From NCBI RefSeq assembly GCF_003334335.1, contig NZ_QOWQ01000006.1: a stretch of 64,000 nucleotides of DNA; one strand, 5' to 3'. Under the pieces are notes generated by a model. It searched no databases and was not told the origin of the DNA. It saw nothing but the letters and a program-made list of their open reading frames with translations. Numbering within the stretch: position 1 is the stretch's first letter; the number at the start of each line of letters is the position of its first letter. The position numbers were made by a program, and so were the translations under genes. Below are positions 11,748 to 23,878 of the stretch, piece after piece. The DNA is from Escherichia coli. Its GTDB lineage: Bacteria > Pseudomonadota > Gammaproteobacteria > Enterobacterales > Enterobacteriaceae.

Positions 11748-12866
11748 ATGACTGGAGATAACACCCTCATCCATTCTCACGGCATTAACCGTCGTGATTT
11801 CATGAAGCTTTGTGCAGCATTAGCCGCCACCATGGGGTTAAGTAGCAAAGCCGCTGCAGAGATGGCCGAATCGGTTACTAACCCGCAGCGTCCGCCAGTT
11901 ATCTGGATTGGCGCGCAGGAGTGCACCGGTTGTACGGAATCTCTGCTTCGTGCAACGCATCCAACGGTAGAAAACCTCGTACTGGAGACTATCTCTCTGG
12001 AGTATCACGAAGTGCTTTCCGCCGCCTTCGGTCATCAGGTCGAAGAGAACAAACATAACGCTCTCGAGAAGTACAAAGGGCAGTATGTGTTAGTGGTGGA
12101 TGGTTCCATCCCATTAAAAGATAACGGTATTTATTGCATGGTTGCCGGTGAGCCGATTGTGGATCACATCCGCAAAGCGGCGGAAGGCGCAGCAGCCATT
12201 ATCGCTATCGGTTCCTGCTCTGCGTGGGGCGGTGTTGCCGCAGCTGGAGTTAACCCAACTGGCGCAGTCAGCCTGCAAGAAGTTCTGCCAGGCAAAACCG
12301 TTATCAATATTCCGGGCTGCCCGCCGAACCCGCACAACTTCCTCGCGACCGTTGCGCACATCATCACTTACGGCAAACCGCCGAAACTGGATGACAAAAA
12401 CCGTCCGACCTTCGCCTATGGCCGTCTGATTCACGAACACTGCGAACGTCGCCCGCACTTCGATGCTGGTCGTTTTGCCAAAGAGTTCGGTGATGAAGGC
12501 CACCGCGAAGGCTGGTGCCTGTACCACCTCGGCTGTAAAGGGCCAGAAACTTACGGCAACTGCTCAACGCTGCAATTCTGCGATGTTGGCGGTGTGTGGC
12601 CGGTGGCGATTGGTCACCCGTGCTATGGCTGTAACGAAGAAGGTATCGGCTTCCATAAAGGCATCCATCAGCTTGCCAACGTCGAAAATCAAACTCCGCG
12701 TTCACAGAAACCGGATGTTAACGCTAAAGAGGGCGGCAACGTCTCTGCAGGCGCTATTGGTTTGCTCGGCGGTGTGGTTGGGTTGGTTGCCGGTGTCAGC
12801 GTGATGGCGGTGCGTGAACTGGGTCGTCAGCAAAAGAAAGATAACGCTGACTCACGGGGAGAATAA
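11748..12866 (+). CDS. hybO: hydrogenase 2 small subunit
   Basis: 372 aa; twin-arginine signal (RRDFMK); NiFe-hydrogenase small-subunit Cys clusters. Confidence 0.9.
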   Translation: MTGDNTLIHSHGINRRDFMKLCAALAATMGLSSKAAAEMAESVTNPQRPPVIWIGAQECTGCTESLLRATHPTVENLVLETISLEYHEVLSAAFGHQVEENKHNALEKYKGQYVLVVDGSIPLKDNGIYCMVAGEPIVDHIRKAAEGAAAIIAIGSCSAWGGVAAAGVNPTGAVSLQEVLPGKTVINIPGCPPNPHNFLATVAHIITYGKPPKLDDKNRPTFAYGRLIHEHCERRPHFDAGRFAKEFGDEGHREGWCLYHLGCKGPETYGNCSTLQFCDVGGVWPVAIGHPCYGCNEEGIGFHKGIHQLANVENQTPRSQKPDVNAKEGGNVSAGAIGLLGGVVGLVAGVSVMAVRELGRQQKKDNADSRGE

Positions 12867-12868
12867 CC

Positions 12869-13855
12869 GTGAACAGACGTAATTTTATTAAAGCAGCCTC
12901 CTGCGGGGCATTGCTGACGGGCGCGCTGCCGTCTGTCAGTCATGCGGCTGCTGAAAACCGCCCGCCAATTCCGGGATCGCTGGGGATGTTGTACGACTCG
13001 ACCTTGTGCGTAGGCTGCCAGGCTTGCGTCACCAAGTGTCAGGATATCAATTTCCCTGAACGTAACCCGCAAGGGGAACAGACCTGGTCGAACAACGACA
13101 AACTGTCGCCGTATACCAATAACATCATTCAGGTGTGGACCAGCGGCACAGGGGTCAACAAAGACCAGGAGGAGAACGGCTACGCGTACATTAAGAAACA
13201 GTGTATGCACTGCGTCGATCCGAACTGTGTCTCTGTGTGCCCGGTCTCTGCACTGAAAAAAGATCCGAAAACCGGCATTGTCCATTACGACAAAGATGTG
13301 TGCACCGGCTGCCGTTACTGCATGGTCGCCTGTCCGTACAACGTGCCGAAGTACGACTACAACAACCCGTTTGGTGCGCTGCATAAGTGCGAGCTGTGCA
13401 ACCAGAAAGGTGTGGAACGTCTCGATAAAGGCGGTCTACCTGGCTGCGTAGAAGTGTGCCCGGCGGGCGCGGTGATTTTCGGTACGCGTGAAGAGCTGAT
13501 GGCGGAGGCGAAAAAACGTCTGGCGCTGAAGCCTGGCAGCGAATACCACTATCCGCGTCAGACGCTGAAATCTGGCGACACTTACCTGCATACGGTGCCG
13601 AAATATTATCCGCATCTGTACGGCGAGAAAGAGGGCGGCGGTACTCAGGTTCTGGTACTGACGGGTGTGCCTTATGAAAATCTCGACCTGCCGAAACTGG
13701 ACGATCTTTCTACCGGTGCGCGTTCCGAAAATATTCAACACACCCTGTATAAAGGCATGATGCTACCACTGGCTGTGCTGGCGGGCTTAACCGTGCTGGT
13801 TCGTCGCAACACCAAAAACGACCATCACGACGGAGGAGACGATCATGAGTCATGA
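12869..13855 (+). CDS. hybA: hydrogenase 2 4Fe-4S ferredoxin-type component
   Basis: 328 aa; GTG start; Tat motif (RRNFIK); multiple CxxCxxCxxxCP motifs. Confidence 0.9.
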
Positions 13856-15023
13856 TCCACAACCGCTGGGCGGCAAAATCATCAGTAAACCAGTCATGAT
13901 TTTTGGACCGTTAATCGTCATCTGTATGCTCCTGATTGTGAAGCGTCTGGTGTTCGGTCTGGGCTCTGTCTCTGACCTGAACGGCGGCTTCCCGTGGGGC
14001 GTGTGGATCGCGTTTGACCTGCTGATTGGCACCGGCTTTGCCTGTGGCGGCTGGGCGCTGGCGTGGGCGGTATACGTCTTTAACCGTGGGCAATACCATC
14101 CGCTGGTGCGTCCGGCGCTGTTGGCGAGTCTGTTTGGTTACTCACTGGGTGGCTTGTCGATCACTATCGACGTGGGTCGCTACTGGAACCTGCCGTACTT
14201 CTACATTCCGGGTCACTTCAACGTGAACTCGGTACTGTTCGAGACGGCGGTCTGTATGACCATCTATATCGGCGTGATGGCACTGGAGTTTGCTCCGGCA
14301 CTGTTTGAACGTCTGGGGTGGAAGGTGTCGCTACAGCGACTAAACAAGGTGATGTTCTTCATCATCGCGCTCGGTGCGCTGCTGCCGACCATGCACCAGT
14401 CTTCAATGGGGTCGCTGATGATCTCGGCGGGCTACAAGGTGCATCCGTTGTGGCAGAGCTATGAAATGTTGCCGCTGTTCTCGCTGCTGACGGCGTTCAT
14501 CATGGGCTTCTCGATTGTCATCTTTGAAGGTTCGCTGGTGCAGGCGGGTCTGCGTGGCAACGGTCCGGATGAAAAGAGTCTGTTTGTTAAGCTGACCAAC
14601 ACCATCAGTGTGTTGCTGGCGATTTTCATCGTGCTGCGCTTTGGCGAGCTTATCTATCGCGACAAGCTGTCGTTAGCGTTTGCCGGTGACTTCTACTCCG
14701 TGATGTTCTGGATTGAAGTCCTGCTGATGCTCTTCCCGCTGGTCGTTCTGCGTGTGGCGAAGCTGCGTAATGATTCCCGCATGCTGTTCCTGTCAGCACT
14801 GAGCGCACTGTTAGGTTGTGCAACCTGGCGTCTGACCTATTCGCTGGTGGCATTCAACCCGGGCGGCGGTTACGCCTACTTCCCGACCTGGGAAGAACTG
14901 TTGATTTCTATTGGTTTTGTGGCTATTGAGATTTGCGCTTACATCGTACTCATTCGTCTACTGCCGATACTTCCTCCTTTAAAACAAAACGATCATAATC
15001 GTCATGAGGCGAGCAAAGCATGA
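13845..15023 (+). CDS. hybB: hydrogenase 2 integral membrane cytochrome-b-type subunit
   Basis: 392-aa polytopic membrane ORF overlapping hybA end by 11 nt. Confidence 0.9.
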
Positions 15024-16723
15024 GCCAGAGAATTACTATTGATCCGGTAACCCGTATTGAGGGGCATTTACGCATCGATTGCGAAATCGAAAATGGCGTC
15101 GTTTCGAAAGCATGGGCTTCCGGTACCATGTGGCGCGGCATGGAAGAGATCGTGAAAAACCGCGATCCGCGCGATGCATGGATGATTGTGCAACGTATCT
15201 GTGGCGTATGTACTACCACTCACGCGCTGTCTTCCGTTCGTGCGGCAGAAAGTGCGCTGAATATCGACGTTCCGGTTAACGCGCAATACATCCGTAACAT
15301 CATTCTGGCTGCGCACACCACGCATGACCATATTGTTCATTTCTATCAGCTTTCGGCGCTGGACTGGGTGGACATCACTTCTGCACTGCAAGCTGACCCA
15401 ACCAAAGCCTCCGAAATGCTGAAAGGCGTTTCGACCTGGCACCTGAACAGTCCGGAAGAGTTCACCAAAGTTCAGAACAAGATCAAAGATCTGGTTGCCA
15501 GCGGTCAGTTGGGTATTTTCGCTAATGGCTACTGGGGTCATCCGGCGATGAAACTGCCGCCGGAAGTGAACCTGATTGCGGTAGCGCACTACCTGCAAGC
15601 GTTGGAGTGCCAGCGTGACGCTAACCGCGTCGTGGCGCTGCTGGGCGGTAAAACGCCGCACATTCAGAACCTGGCGGTAGGTGGTGTCGCGAACCCGATC
15701 AACCTCGACGGTTTGGGCGTGCTGAACCTTGAGCGCCTGATGTACATCAAGTCTTTCATCGACAAACTGAGCGACTTTGTTGAGCAGGTTTATAAGGTTG
15801 ATACCGCAGTTATTGCCGCGTTCTACCCGGAATGGCTGACACGCGGTAAAGGTGCGGTGAACTACCTGAGCGTGCCGGAATTCCCGACCGACAGTAAAAA
15901 CGGCAGCTTCCTGTTCCCGGGCGGCTACATTGAGAATGCGGATCTGTCCTCGTATCGTCCGATCACTTCTCATTCCGATGAATACCTGATCAAAGGCATT
16001 CAGGAAAGCGCGAAGCACTCCTGGTATAAAGACGAAGCGCCGCAGGCACCGTGGGAAGGCACCACCATTCCGGCTTATGATGGTTGGTCTGACGACGGGA
16101 AATATTCCTGGGTGAAATCACCGACTTTCTACGGCAAAACGGTAGAAGTGGGGCCACTGGCTAATATGCTGGTGAAACTGGCGGCAGGTCGCGAATCTAC
16201 CCAGAACAAACTGAATGAAATCGTTGCGATTTATCAGAAACTGACTGGCAACACGCTGGAAGTGGCACAGCTGCACTCCACGCTGGGCCGTATTATTGGT
16301 CGTACCGTTCACTGCTGTGAATTGCAGGATATCCTGCAAAACCAATACAGTGCACTGATCACCAATATCGGCAAAGGCGATCACACCACCTTTGTGAAGC
16401 CGAACATTCCGGCAACGGGTGAATTCAAAGGTGTTGGCTTCCTCGAAGCGCCGCGCGGTATGCTCTCTCACTGGATGGTTATTAAAGACGGTATCATCAG
16501 CAACTACCAGGCGGTTGTTCCATCAACCTGGAACTCTGGTCCGCGTAACTTCAATGATGACGTCGGTCCTTACGAGCAGTCGCTGGTGGGTACACCGGTT
16601 GCCGATCCGAATAAACCGCTGGAAGTGGTGCGTACCATTCACTCCTTTGACCCGTGCATGGCCTGTGCGGTACACGTAGTGGATGCTGACGGCAACGAAG
16701 TGGTTTCAGTGAAGGTTCTGTAA
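15020..16723 (+). CDS. hybC: hydrogenase 2 large subunit
   Basis: 567 aa; N-terminal RICGVC and C-terminal DPCMACAVH Ni-binding motifs. Confidence 0.9.
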   Translation: MSQRITIDPVTRIEGHLRIDCEIENGVVSKAWASGTMWRGMEEIVKNRDPRDAWMIVQRICGVCTTTHALSSVRAAESALNIDVPVNAQYIRNIILAAHTTHDHIVHFYQLSALDWVDITSALQADPTKASEMLKGVSTWHLNSPEEFTKVQNKIKDLVASGQLGIFANGYWGHPAMKLPPEVNLIAVAHYLQALECQRDANRVVALLGGKTPHIQNLAVGGVANPINLDGLGVLNLERLMYIKSFIDKLSDFVEQVYKVDTAVIAAFYPEWLTRGKGAVNYLSVPEFPTDSKNGSFLFPGGYIENADLSSYRPITSHSDEYLIKGIQESAKHSWYKDEAPQAPWEGTTIPAYDGWSDDGKYSWVKSPTFYGKTVEVGPLANMLVKLAAGRESTQNKLNEIVAIYQKLTGNTLEVAQLHSTLGRIIGRTVHCCELQDILQNQYSALITNIGKGDHTTFVKPNIPATGEFKGVGFLEAPRGMLSHWMVIKDGIISNYQAVVPSTWNSGPRNFNDDVGPYEQSLVGTPVADPNKPLEVVRTIHSFDPCMACAVHVVDADGNEVVSVKVL

Positions 16724-17217
16724 TGCGTATTTTAGTCTTAGGGGTCGGCAATATTTTGCTGACCGATGAAGCCATCGGTGTGCGGATTGTCGAAGCGTTA
16801 GAGCAACGATACATTCTGCCGGATTATGTTGAGATCCTCGATGGCGGCACGGCGGGAATGGAGCTGCTTGGCGACATGGCAAATCGCGATCATTTGATTA
16901 TTGCGGATGCCATTGTCTCGAAAAAGAACGCGCCGGGAACGATGATGATCCTGCGGGATGAAGAAGTTCCGGCGTTGTTTACCAACAAAATCTCTCCGCA
17001 TCAGCTTGGCCTGGCCGACGTCTTGTCGGCCCTGCGCTTCACCGGCGAGTTTCCGAAAAAGCTGACCCTGGTCGGCGTGATCCCGGAATCGCTGGAGCCA
17101 CACATCGGCTTAACGCCGACGGTTGAAGCAATGATTGAACCTGCGCTTGAGCAGGTTCTGGCTGCGCTGCGTGAATCTGGCGTGGAAGCCATCCCACGGG
17201 AGGCGATTCATGACTGA
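16723..17217 (+). CDS. hybD: hydrogenase 2 maturation endopeptidase
   Basis: 164-aa ORF (MRILVLGVGNILLTDEAIGVR...) of HycI/HybD protease family. Confidence 0.9.
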   Translation: MRILVLGVGNILLTDEAIGVRIVEALEQRYILPDYVEILDGGTAGMELLGDMANRDHLIIADAIVSKKNAPGTMMILRDEEVPALFTNKISPHQLGLADVLSALRFTGEFPKKLTLVGVIPESLEPHIGLTPTVEAMIEPALEQVLAALRESGVEAIPREAIHD

Positions 17218-17698
17218 AGAGATAGCAGGTTTCCAGACCTCCCCGAAGGCGCAAGTACAGGCAGCGTTTGAAGAAATTGCCCGGCGTTCGATGCACGATC
17301 TCTCTTTTCTGCATCCTTCAATGCCGGTGTATGTTTCTGATTTTACGCTGTTCGAAGGTCAGTGGACGGGGTGTGTGATCACCCCGTGGATGCTGAGTGC
17401 AGTTATCTTCCCCGGCCCGGATCAACTCTGGCCGCTGCGCAAAGTGAGTGAAAAAATTGGTCTGCAACTGCCGTATGGCACTATGACCTTTACCGTTGGC
17501 GAACTGGACGGTGTTTCGCAATATCTCTCCTGTTCGCTGATGTCGCCGCTTTCGCACAGCATGTCGATTGAAGAGGGCCAACGCCTGACGGATGACTGCG
17601 CACGAATGATCCTTTCGCTGCCAGTCACGAATCCGGATGTACCACACGCAGGGCGTCGCGCCCTGCTGTTTGGTCGCAGGAGTGGCGAAAATGCATGA
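17210..17698 (+). CDS. hybE: hydrogenase 2-specific chaperone
   Basis: ORF 17135..17698; start placed at MTEEIAGFQTSPK (162 aa), overlapping hybD end. Confidence 0.85.
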   Translation: MTEEIAGFQTSPKAQVQAAFEEIARRSMHDLSFLHPSMPVYVSDFTLFEGQWTGCVITPWMLSAVIFPGPDQLWPLRKVSEKIGLQLPYGTMTFTVGELDGVSQYLSCSLMSPLSHSMSIEEGQRLTDDCARMILSLPVTNPDVPHAGRRALLFGRRSGENA

Positions 17699-18032
17699 GT
17701 TGTCTCTTTGCCAGAGCGCCGTTGAAATTATCCAACGGCAGGCGGAGCAGCACGATGTTAAGCGCGTCACCGCCGTGTGGCTGGAAATTGGCGCGCTCTC
17801 CTGCGTTGAGGAGAGCGCCGTCCGTTTTAGTTTTGAAATTGTCTGCCACGGAACGGTGGCGCAAGGGTGCGATTTACATATCGTCTATAAACCCGCCCAG
17901 GCTTGGTGCTGGGATTGCAGCCAGGTGGTGGAGATTCATCAGCACGATGCGCAGTGTCCGCTCTGTCACGGCGAGCGGTTGCGTGTCGATACCGGCGATT
18001 CGCTGATCGTCAAAAGTATTGAAGTTGAATAA
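17691..18032 (+). CDS. hybF: hydrogenase nickel-insertion protein (HypA-like)
   Basis: ORF 17637..18032; start placed at MHELSLCQSAVEII (113 aa); C-terminal CxxC...CxxC zinc motif. Confidence 0.85.
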   Translation: MHELSLCQSAVEIIQRQAEQHDVKRVTAVWLEIGALSCVEESAVRFSFEIVCHGTVAQGCDLHIVYKPAQAWCWDCSQVVEIHQHDAQCPLCHGERLRVDTGDSLIVKSIEVE

Positions 18033-18044
18033 CCGGAGTTAATA

Positions 18045-18293
18045 ATGTGTATTGGCGTTCCAGGCCAGGTGCTGGCTGTCGGTGAAGATATTCACCAGCT
18101 TGCGCAGGTTGAAGTATGTGGTATCAAGCGCGATGTGAATATCGCCCTGATTTGTGAAGGTAACCCTGCCGATCTACTGGGCCAGTGGGTGCTGGTACAC
18201 GTCGGATTTGCCATGAGCATCATCGACGAAGATGAAGCCAAAGCCACATTAGACGCACTGCGCCAAATGGATTACGACATTACCAGCGCGTGA
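18045..18293 (+). CDS. hybG: hydrogenase maturation factor (HypC-like)
   Basis: 82-aa ORF starting MCIGVPGQV (HypC family N-terminus). Confidence 0.85.
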
Positions 18294-18295
18294 TG

Positions 18296-18392
18296 ATTAG
18301 CTTTCGTAGGCCTGATAAGACGCGGCAGCGTCGCATCAGGCATTGTGCACGATTGCCGGATGCGGCGTGAACGCCTTATCCGGCCTGGATGG
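18296..18392. repeat. REP-type palindromic repeats between hybG and yghU
   Basis: taggcctgataagacgcg...gcatccggcatt...gccttatccggcc REP-like units. Confidence 0.55.
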
Positions 18393-18415
18393 CTTGCTGC
18401 GACGAACACCAACCC

Positions 18416-19282
18416 TTACCCCTGACGCTTATCTTCCGTATTCGTCTCGAAATCACTGGCGTCATGGCGCTCATGCAACTGCTCATTCAGCGGTCCGTTG
18501 GTGCGGTTAACAATACGCCCACGTTTCACCGCCGGACGTTCGCCTACTTCTTTCGCCCAGCGTTGTACATGCTTATAACTGCCCGCATCAAGAAACTCAG
18601 CGGCATCATACACACCACCTAACACCACGTTGCCAAACCACGGCCAAATCGCCATATCCGCAATGGTGTACTCATCGCCCGCAACAAACTTATGCTGCGC
18701 CAGTTGCTTATCCAGCACGTCGAGCAGACGTTTGGCTTCCATGGTAAAGCGGTTGATGGCGTACTCAATCTTTACCGGTGCGTAATGGTAAAAGTGACCA
18801 AAACCACCGCCGAGGAACGGTGCCGCGCCCTGTAACCAGAACAGCCAGTTCATCGTTTCAGTACGCTTTGCCAAATCCTGCGGCAGGAAGTAGCCAAATT
18901 TCTCCGCCAGATAAAGCAGGATCGAACCAGATTCAAACACGCGGATCGGCGGATTATGCGTATGATCGCGCAGCGCCGGGATCTTCGAGTTTGGGTTCAC
19001 TTCGACAAAGCCGCTGGAGAATTGATCGCCATCGCCAATACGAATCAGCCAGGCGTCGTACTCTGCACCAGTAACGCCCAGCGCCAGCAGCTCCTCAAGC
19101 ATAATCGTTACTTTCTGACCGTTCGGCGTTCCCAGCGAATAAAGTTGCAATGGGTGTTTGCCAACGGGCAGCGTTTTTTCATGCGTCGGACCAGAAACCG
19201 GGCGATTGATATTGGCGAACGTGCCGCCAGCGGATTTATCCCACGTCCAGACTTTCGCGGGCTGATAAGTATTGTCTGTCAT
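18416..19282 (-). CDS. yghU: glutathione S-transferase-like protein (Nu-class, disulfide-bond reductase)
   Basis: ORF 18416..19330; start placed at MTDNTYQPAKVW (288 aa); GST fold. Confidence 0.85.
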   Translation of the reverse strand: MTDNTYQPAKVWTWDKSAGGTFANINRPVSGPTHEKTLPVGKHPLQLYSLGTPNGQKVTIMLEELLALGVTGAEYDAWLIRIGDGDQFSSGFVEVNPNSKIPALRDHTHNPPIRVFESGSILLYLAEKFGYFLPQDLAKRTETMNWLFWLQGAAPFLGGGFGHFYHYAPVKIEYAINRFTMEAKRLLDVLDKQLAQHKFVAGDEYTIADMAIWPWFGNVVLGGVYDAAEFLDAGSYKHVQRWAKEVGERPAVKRGRIVNRTNGPLNEQLHERHDASDFETNTEDKRQG

Positions 19283-19486
19283 AGTGAGTTGCCTTCTGAG
19301 TGGTAGTGTTGAAGCAGTGTAGCAGGTCACTTGCTGTACAGAATGTGAATTTTTTAACCCTTTGCGCCAGCCGCTGCGATGAGGTGTATGATTAGTCTGA
19401 CCTCTGTCCGGTTAATGTCGCTGAGCAGGTAATCAGAGCACAACAATTACGCCAACTGCTTAGGTTGTATTGTTAAAGGTAAAGTG

Positions 19487-21346
19487 ATGAGCAAAGGAAC
19501 GACCAGCCAGGATGCCCCGTTCGGGACATTATTGGGCTACGCCCCAGGTGGGGTAGCAATCTACTCTTCAGATTACAGTTCTCTCGATCCGCAGGAATAC
19601 GAAGATGACGCCGTATTCCGTAGCTATATCGACGACGAATATATGGGCCACAAGTGGCAATGCGTTGAATTTGCTCGCCGTTTTCTCTTTCTGAATTACG
19701 GTGTGGTCTTTACTGACGTGGGTATGGCGTGGGAGATTTTCTCGCTGCGCTTCCTGCGAGAAGTGGTTAATGACAACATCCTGCCATTGCAGGCATTTCC
19801 TAACGGCTCGCCGCGTGCGCCGGTCGCGGGTGCGCTTCTTATCTGGGATAAAGGCGGTGAATTTAAAGACACTGGCCATGTCGCCATCATTACCCAATTG
19901 CATGGCAACAAAGTCCGTATTGCGGAACAGAACGTGATTCATTCCCCGTTGCCGCAAGGGCAACAGTGGACGCGCGAGCTGGAGATGGTGGTCGAAAACG
20001 GCTGCTATACCCTGAAAGACACTTTTGATGACACCACCATTCTGGGCTGGATGATCCAGACGGAAGATACTGAATACAGCTTACCGCAGCCGGAAATTGC
20101 AGGCGAGCTGCTGAAAATCAGCGGAGCGCGCCTGGAAAACAAAGGCCAGTTTGACGGTAAATGGCTGGATGAAAAAGATCCGCTGCAAAACGCCTATGTG
20201 CAGGCCAACGGTCAGGTGATCAATCAGGATCCTTATCATTACTACACCATTACCGAGAGTGCCGAGCAGGAGCTAATTAAAGCCACCAACGAGCTGCACC
20301 TGATGTATCTTCACGCAACCGACAAGGTGCTGAAAGATGACAACCTGCTGGCGCTGTTCGACATCCCGAAAATCCTCTGGCCACGTTTGCGTCTCTCCTG
20401 GCAGCGTCGCCGTCACCATATGATCACTGGTCGTATGGATTTCTGCATGGATGAGCGTGGCCTGAAGGTTTACGAGTACAACGCCGACTCCGCCTCCTGT
20501 CATACCGAAGCGGGCTTGATCCTCGAACGTTGGGCGGAGCAGGGCTATAAAGGCAACGGCTTCAATCCGGCGGAAGGGCTGATTAACGAATTGGCTGGTG
20601 CCTGGAAACACAGTCGTGCACGTCCGTTTGTCCATATCATGCAGGACAAAGATATCGAGGAAAACTATCACGCGCAGTTTATGGAGCAGGCGCTGCACCA
20701 GGCGGGCTTTGAAACGCGTATCTTGCGTGGATTGGATGAACTGGGCTGGGATGCTGCCGGGCAACTGATTGATGGGGAAGGGCGACTGGTTAACTGCGTG
20801 TGGAAAACCTGGGCGTGGGAAACCGCGTTTGATCAGATTCGTGAAGTTAGCGACCGTGAGTTTGCTGCGGTGCCAATCCGTACCGGTCATCCGCAAAACG
20901 AAGTGCGTCTTATCGACGTATTGCTGCGCCCGGAAGTGCTGGTCTTTGAGCCGCTGTGGACGGTGATCCCCGGCAACAAAGCGATTCTGCCGATCCTCTG
21001 GTCGCTGTTCCCGCACCATCGTTACCTGCTGGATACCGATTTCACTGTTAATGATGAACTGGTGAAAACAGGTTACGCAGTGAAACCGATCGCCGGTCGC
21101 TGTGGCAGCAATATCGACCTCGTCAGCCATCATGAAGAGGTGCTGGACAAAACCAGCGGTAAATTTGCCGAGCAGAAAAACATCTATCAGCAACTGTGGT
21201 GTTTGCCGAAAGTGGACGGTAAATACATTCAGGTATGTACCTTCACCGTTGGCGGCAACTACGGTGGGACGTGTTTGCGCGGTGATGAATCACTGGTCAT
21301 CAAAAAAGAGAGTGATATTGAACCGTTAATTGTGGTGAAAAAGTAA
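19487..21346 (+). CDS. gss: bifunctional glutathionylspermidine synthetase/amidase
   Basis: 619 aa; N-terminal CHAP amidase domain and C-terminal synthetase domain. Confidence 0.9.
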   Translation: MSKGTTSQDAPFGTLLGYAPGGVAIYSSDYSSLDPQEYEDDAVFRSYIDDEYMGHKWQCVEFARRFLFLNYGVVFTDVGMAWEIFSLRFLREVVNDNILPLQAFPNGSPRAPVAGALLIWDKGGEFKDTGHVAIITQLHGNKVRIAEQNVIHSPLPQGQQWTRELEMVVENGCYTLKDTFDDTTILGWMIQTEDTEYSLPQPEIAGELLKISGARLENKGQFDGKWLDEKDPLQNAYVQANGQVINQDPYHYYTITESAEQELIKATNELHLMYLHATDKVLKDDNLLALFDIPKILWPRLRLSWQRRRHHMITGRMDFCMDERGLKVYEYNADSASCHTEAGLILERWAEQGYKGNGFNPAEGLINELAGAWKHSRARPFVHIMQDKDIEENYHAQFMEQALHQAGFETRILRGLDELGWDAAGQLIDGEGRLVNCVWKTWAWETAFDQIREVSDREFAAVPIRTGHPQNEVRLIDVLLRPEVLVFEPLWTVIPGNKAILPILWSLFPHHRYLLDTDFTVNDELVKTGYAVKPIAGRCGSNIDLVSHHEEVLDKTSGKFAEQKNIYQQLWCLPKVDGKYIQVCTFTVGGNYGGTCLRGDESLVIKKESDIEPLIVVKK

Positions 21347-21361
21347 TACATGTTGTAGCAA

Positions 21362-21398
21362 CCCCGTACTGATTATGAAGAATAATCAGTACGGGGAT
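21362..21398. terminator. inverted repeat downstream of gss (possible terminator, no clear T-run)
   Basis: ccccgtactgattat-gaag-aataatcagtacgggg. Confidence 0.35.
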
Positions 21399-21637
21399 TA
21401 ATCAAAATATTCAATATTTATATATTCCAATATTTATTCATTTCATATGTGAATATATTAACCAGTGGAATACCTGTGTTTTGATTATTTCTAAAGGTTT
21501 TGAATGAATGCTTATTGTCTGATACACAAGAAATAACACTCTTTTTATCGTTAAAAAATGATATTTCACTTTGCCCATGCCGTTAAAGTCACTGATAATG
21601 CGTCCGTTCGTAAATTCAAAATGGCGTAATCTAATAT

Positions 21638-23137
21638 ATGCTAAATTTATTTGTTGGCCTTGATATATACACAGGGCTTTTGTTATTGCTTGCTCTGGCA
21701 TTTGTGTTGTTCTACGAAGCAATCAATGGTTTTCATGACACGGCGAATGCGGTGGCAGCCGTTATTTATACTCGTGCCATGCAACCACAACTTGCTGTGG
21801 TGATGGCGGCATTTTTTAACTTTTTTGGCGTGTTATTGGGCGGACTTAGCGTTGCCTATGCCATTGTCCATATGTTGCCAACCGATTTGTTGCTGAATAT
21901 GGGGTCAACCCACGGCCTGGCGATGGTCTTTTCCATGCTGCTGGCGGCGATTATCTGGAACCTGGGAACGTGGTTCTTCGGTTTACCGGCCTCCAGTTCG
22001 CACACCTTGATTGGTGCGATTATCGGCATCGGTTTAACCAACGCGCTGTTAACCGGCTCATCGGTGATGGATGCGTTAAACCTGCGTGAAGTGACCAAAA
22101 TTTTCTCCTCGCTGATTGTTTCCCCTATCGTCGGCCTGGTCATTGCGGGAGGCCTGATATTCCTGCTGCGACGCTACTGGAGCGGGACGAAAAAGCGTGA
22201 CCGTATTCACCGCATTCCGGAAGATCGCAAAAAGAAAAAAGGCAAACGTAAACCGCCATTCTGGACGCGTATTGCGCTGATTGTTTCCGCTGCGGGCGTG
22301 GCGTTTTCGCACGGCGCGAACGACGGACAAAAAGGGATCGGCCTGGTAATGCTGGTACTGGTGGGGATTGCCCCTGCTGGCTTCGTCGTCAATATGAATG
22401 CGTCCGGCTATGAAATTACCCGTACCCGCGATGCCGTTACCAACTTCGAACACTACCTGCAACAGCATCCTGAACTGCCGCAGAAGTTGATTGCGATGGA
22501 ACCTCCATTGCCTGCAGCATCGACTGATGGCACGCAAGTAACAGAGTTTCACTGTCATCCGGCAAATACCTTTGATGCTATTGCGCGCGTTAAAACGATG
22601 CTGCCAGGCAATATGGAAAGTTACGAGCCGTTAAGCGTGAGTCAGCGCAGCCAGCTGCGCCGCATTATGCTGTGCATCTCTGATACCTCCGCGAAGCTAG
22701 CGAAACTGCCAGGCGTCAGTAAAGAAGACCAGAACCTGCTGAAAAAACTTCGCAGCGATATGTTAAGCACCATTGAGTACGCTCCGGTGTGGATCATCAT
22801 GGCGGTAGCACTGGCGCTCGGCATTGGCACCATGATTGGCTGGCGTCGTGTAGCGATGACCATCGGTGAGAAGATTGGTAAGCGCGGCATGACGTATGCG
22901 CAAGGCATGGCGGCACAAATGACGGCGGCAGTGTCTATCGGTCTTGCCAGTTATATTGGGATGCCCGTCTCCACAACACACGTCCTCTCGTCTGCAGTTG
23001 CAGGGACGATGGTGGTGGACGGCGGTGGGTTACAGCGTAAAACGGTAACCAGCATCCTGATGGCGTGGGTATTTACTTTACCGGCGGCAATTTTTCTTTC
23101 TGGTGGGCTGTACTGGATAGCATTGCAGTTGATTTAA
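21638..23137 (+). CDS. pitB: low-affinity inorganic phosphate transporter
   Basis: 499 aa; PiT family membrane protein with duplicated [12 protein letters not shown] motifs; AT-rich upstream region. Confidence 0.9.
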   Translation: MLNLFVGLDIYTGLLLLLALAFVLFYEAINGFHDTANAVAAVIYTRAMQPQLAVVMAAFFNFFGVLLGGLSVAYAIVHMLPTDLLLNMGSTHGLAMVFSMLLAAIIWNLGTWFFGLPASSSHTLIGAIIGIGLTNALLTGSSVMDALNLREVTKIFSSLIVSPIVGLVIAGGLIFLLRRYWSGTKKRDRIHRIPEDRKKKKGKRKPPFWTRIALIVSAAGVAFSHGANDGQKGIGLVMLVLVGIAPAGFVVNMNASGYEITRTRDAVTNFEHYLQQHPELPQKLIAMEPPLPAASTDGTQVTEFHCHPANTFDAIARVKTMLPGNMESYEPLSVSQRSQLRRIMLCISDTSAKLAKLPGVSKEDQNLLKKLRSDMLSTIEYAPVWIIMAVALALGIGTMIGWRRVAMTIGEKIGKRGMTYAQGMAAQMTAAVSIGLASYIGMPVSTTHVLSSAVAGTMVVDGGGLQRKTVTSILMAWVFTLPAAIFLSGGLYWIALQLI

Positions 23138-23146
23138 CCTTCCTGA

Positions 23147-23185
23147 AAATGCCCGGTCCTGGCGATCGGGCATTTCCATTTTTGA
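23147..23185. terminator. stem-loop between convergent pitB and yghT
   Basis: aaatgcccg-(loop)-cgggcattt followed by ccattttt. Confidence 0.5.
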
Positions 23186-23878
23186 CTAGTGATAACCACG
23201 CGCGGTCATAAAATCCGTAATCGCTTTTTCTGCATCAACCAACACCTGTTCCAGTGGCTGATTGGCATCGATATCAACCAGTTGTGCACCACCAAAGGTT
23301 AACTGTGGCGTTATGGCAATCTTCCTCGCCAGCGATTCCCGTTTATGGTCGGGTTTACGTGCACAGGCAACTTCAAGGTCAACATTGAGTTTGATGACCA
23401 GATCAGGCTTATGGCTCGCCATCCAGTGAAACGCTTTACGTTCCTGGCTTGCCAGCCATGAGACAAAACGACCACCTTCAACGTTAGGTGGGAACACCGT
23501 ACCATCGTAAGCGCCAGGAATTTGGTCCTGAGGATAACGGTCGGTTAGAACAATTAACCCGCGACGACGACAGGCAAGCATATGACGAAAGCGCAGTAAG
23601 CGACGGGCGACAAACGCTGTAATTACCAGCGCCGGAACTGGTCCAGGCAATTTTTTTGCTGTTTTCACCTGATTTCGTTCAATTGTTTTATGTAAGGATT
23701 TTCCCATCAACGGTAATTTTGTCACTGCACGACCGACATTTCCGGCCTGTTTTCCTAAATGAACTCTTTCGGCAGCACCATATTTTTCGACAACGGTAAT
23801 AAGATGTTCACACACCGTTGACTTGCCTGAACCATCGCTACCAATAACGGCAATTAATGGAGGTGTTATTGACTGCAT
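23186..23878 (-). CDS. yghT: P-loop NTPase, kinase-like (Walker A plus DRYP motif)
   Basis: 230 aa; [11 protein letters not shown]alker [10 protein letters not shown] motif; paralogous to yghS and yghR. Confidence 0.8.

Noticed and set aside
15068-16018. 316-aa minus-strand ORF inside hybC, and similar antisense ORFs inside gss (20273..21193) and gspD/gspE (54380..56085)
   Set aside because: Same reasoning: antisense to high-confidence conserved genes, low-complexity translations.
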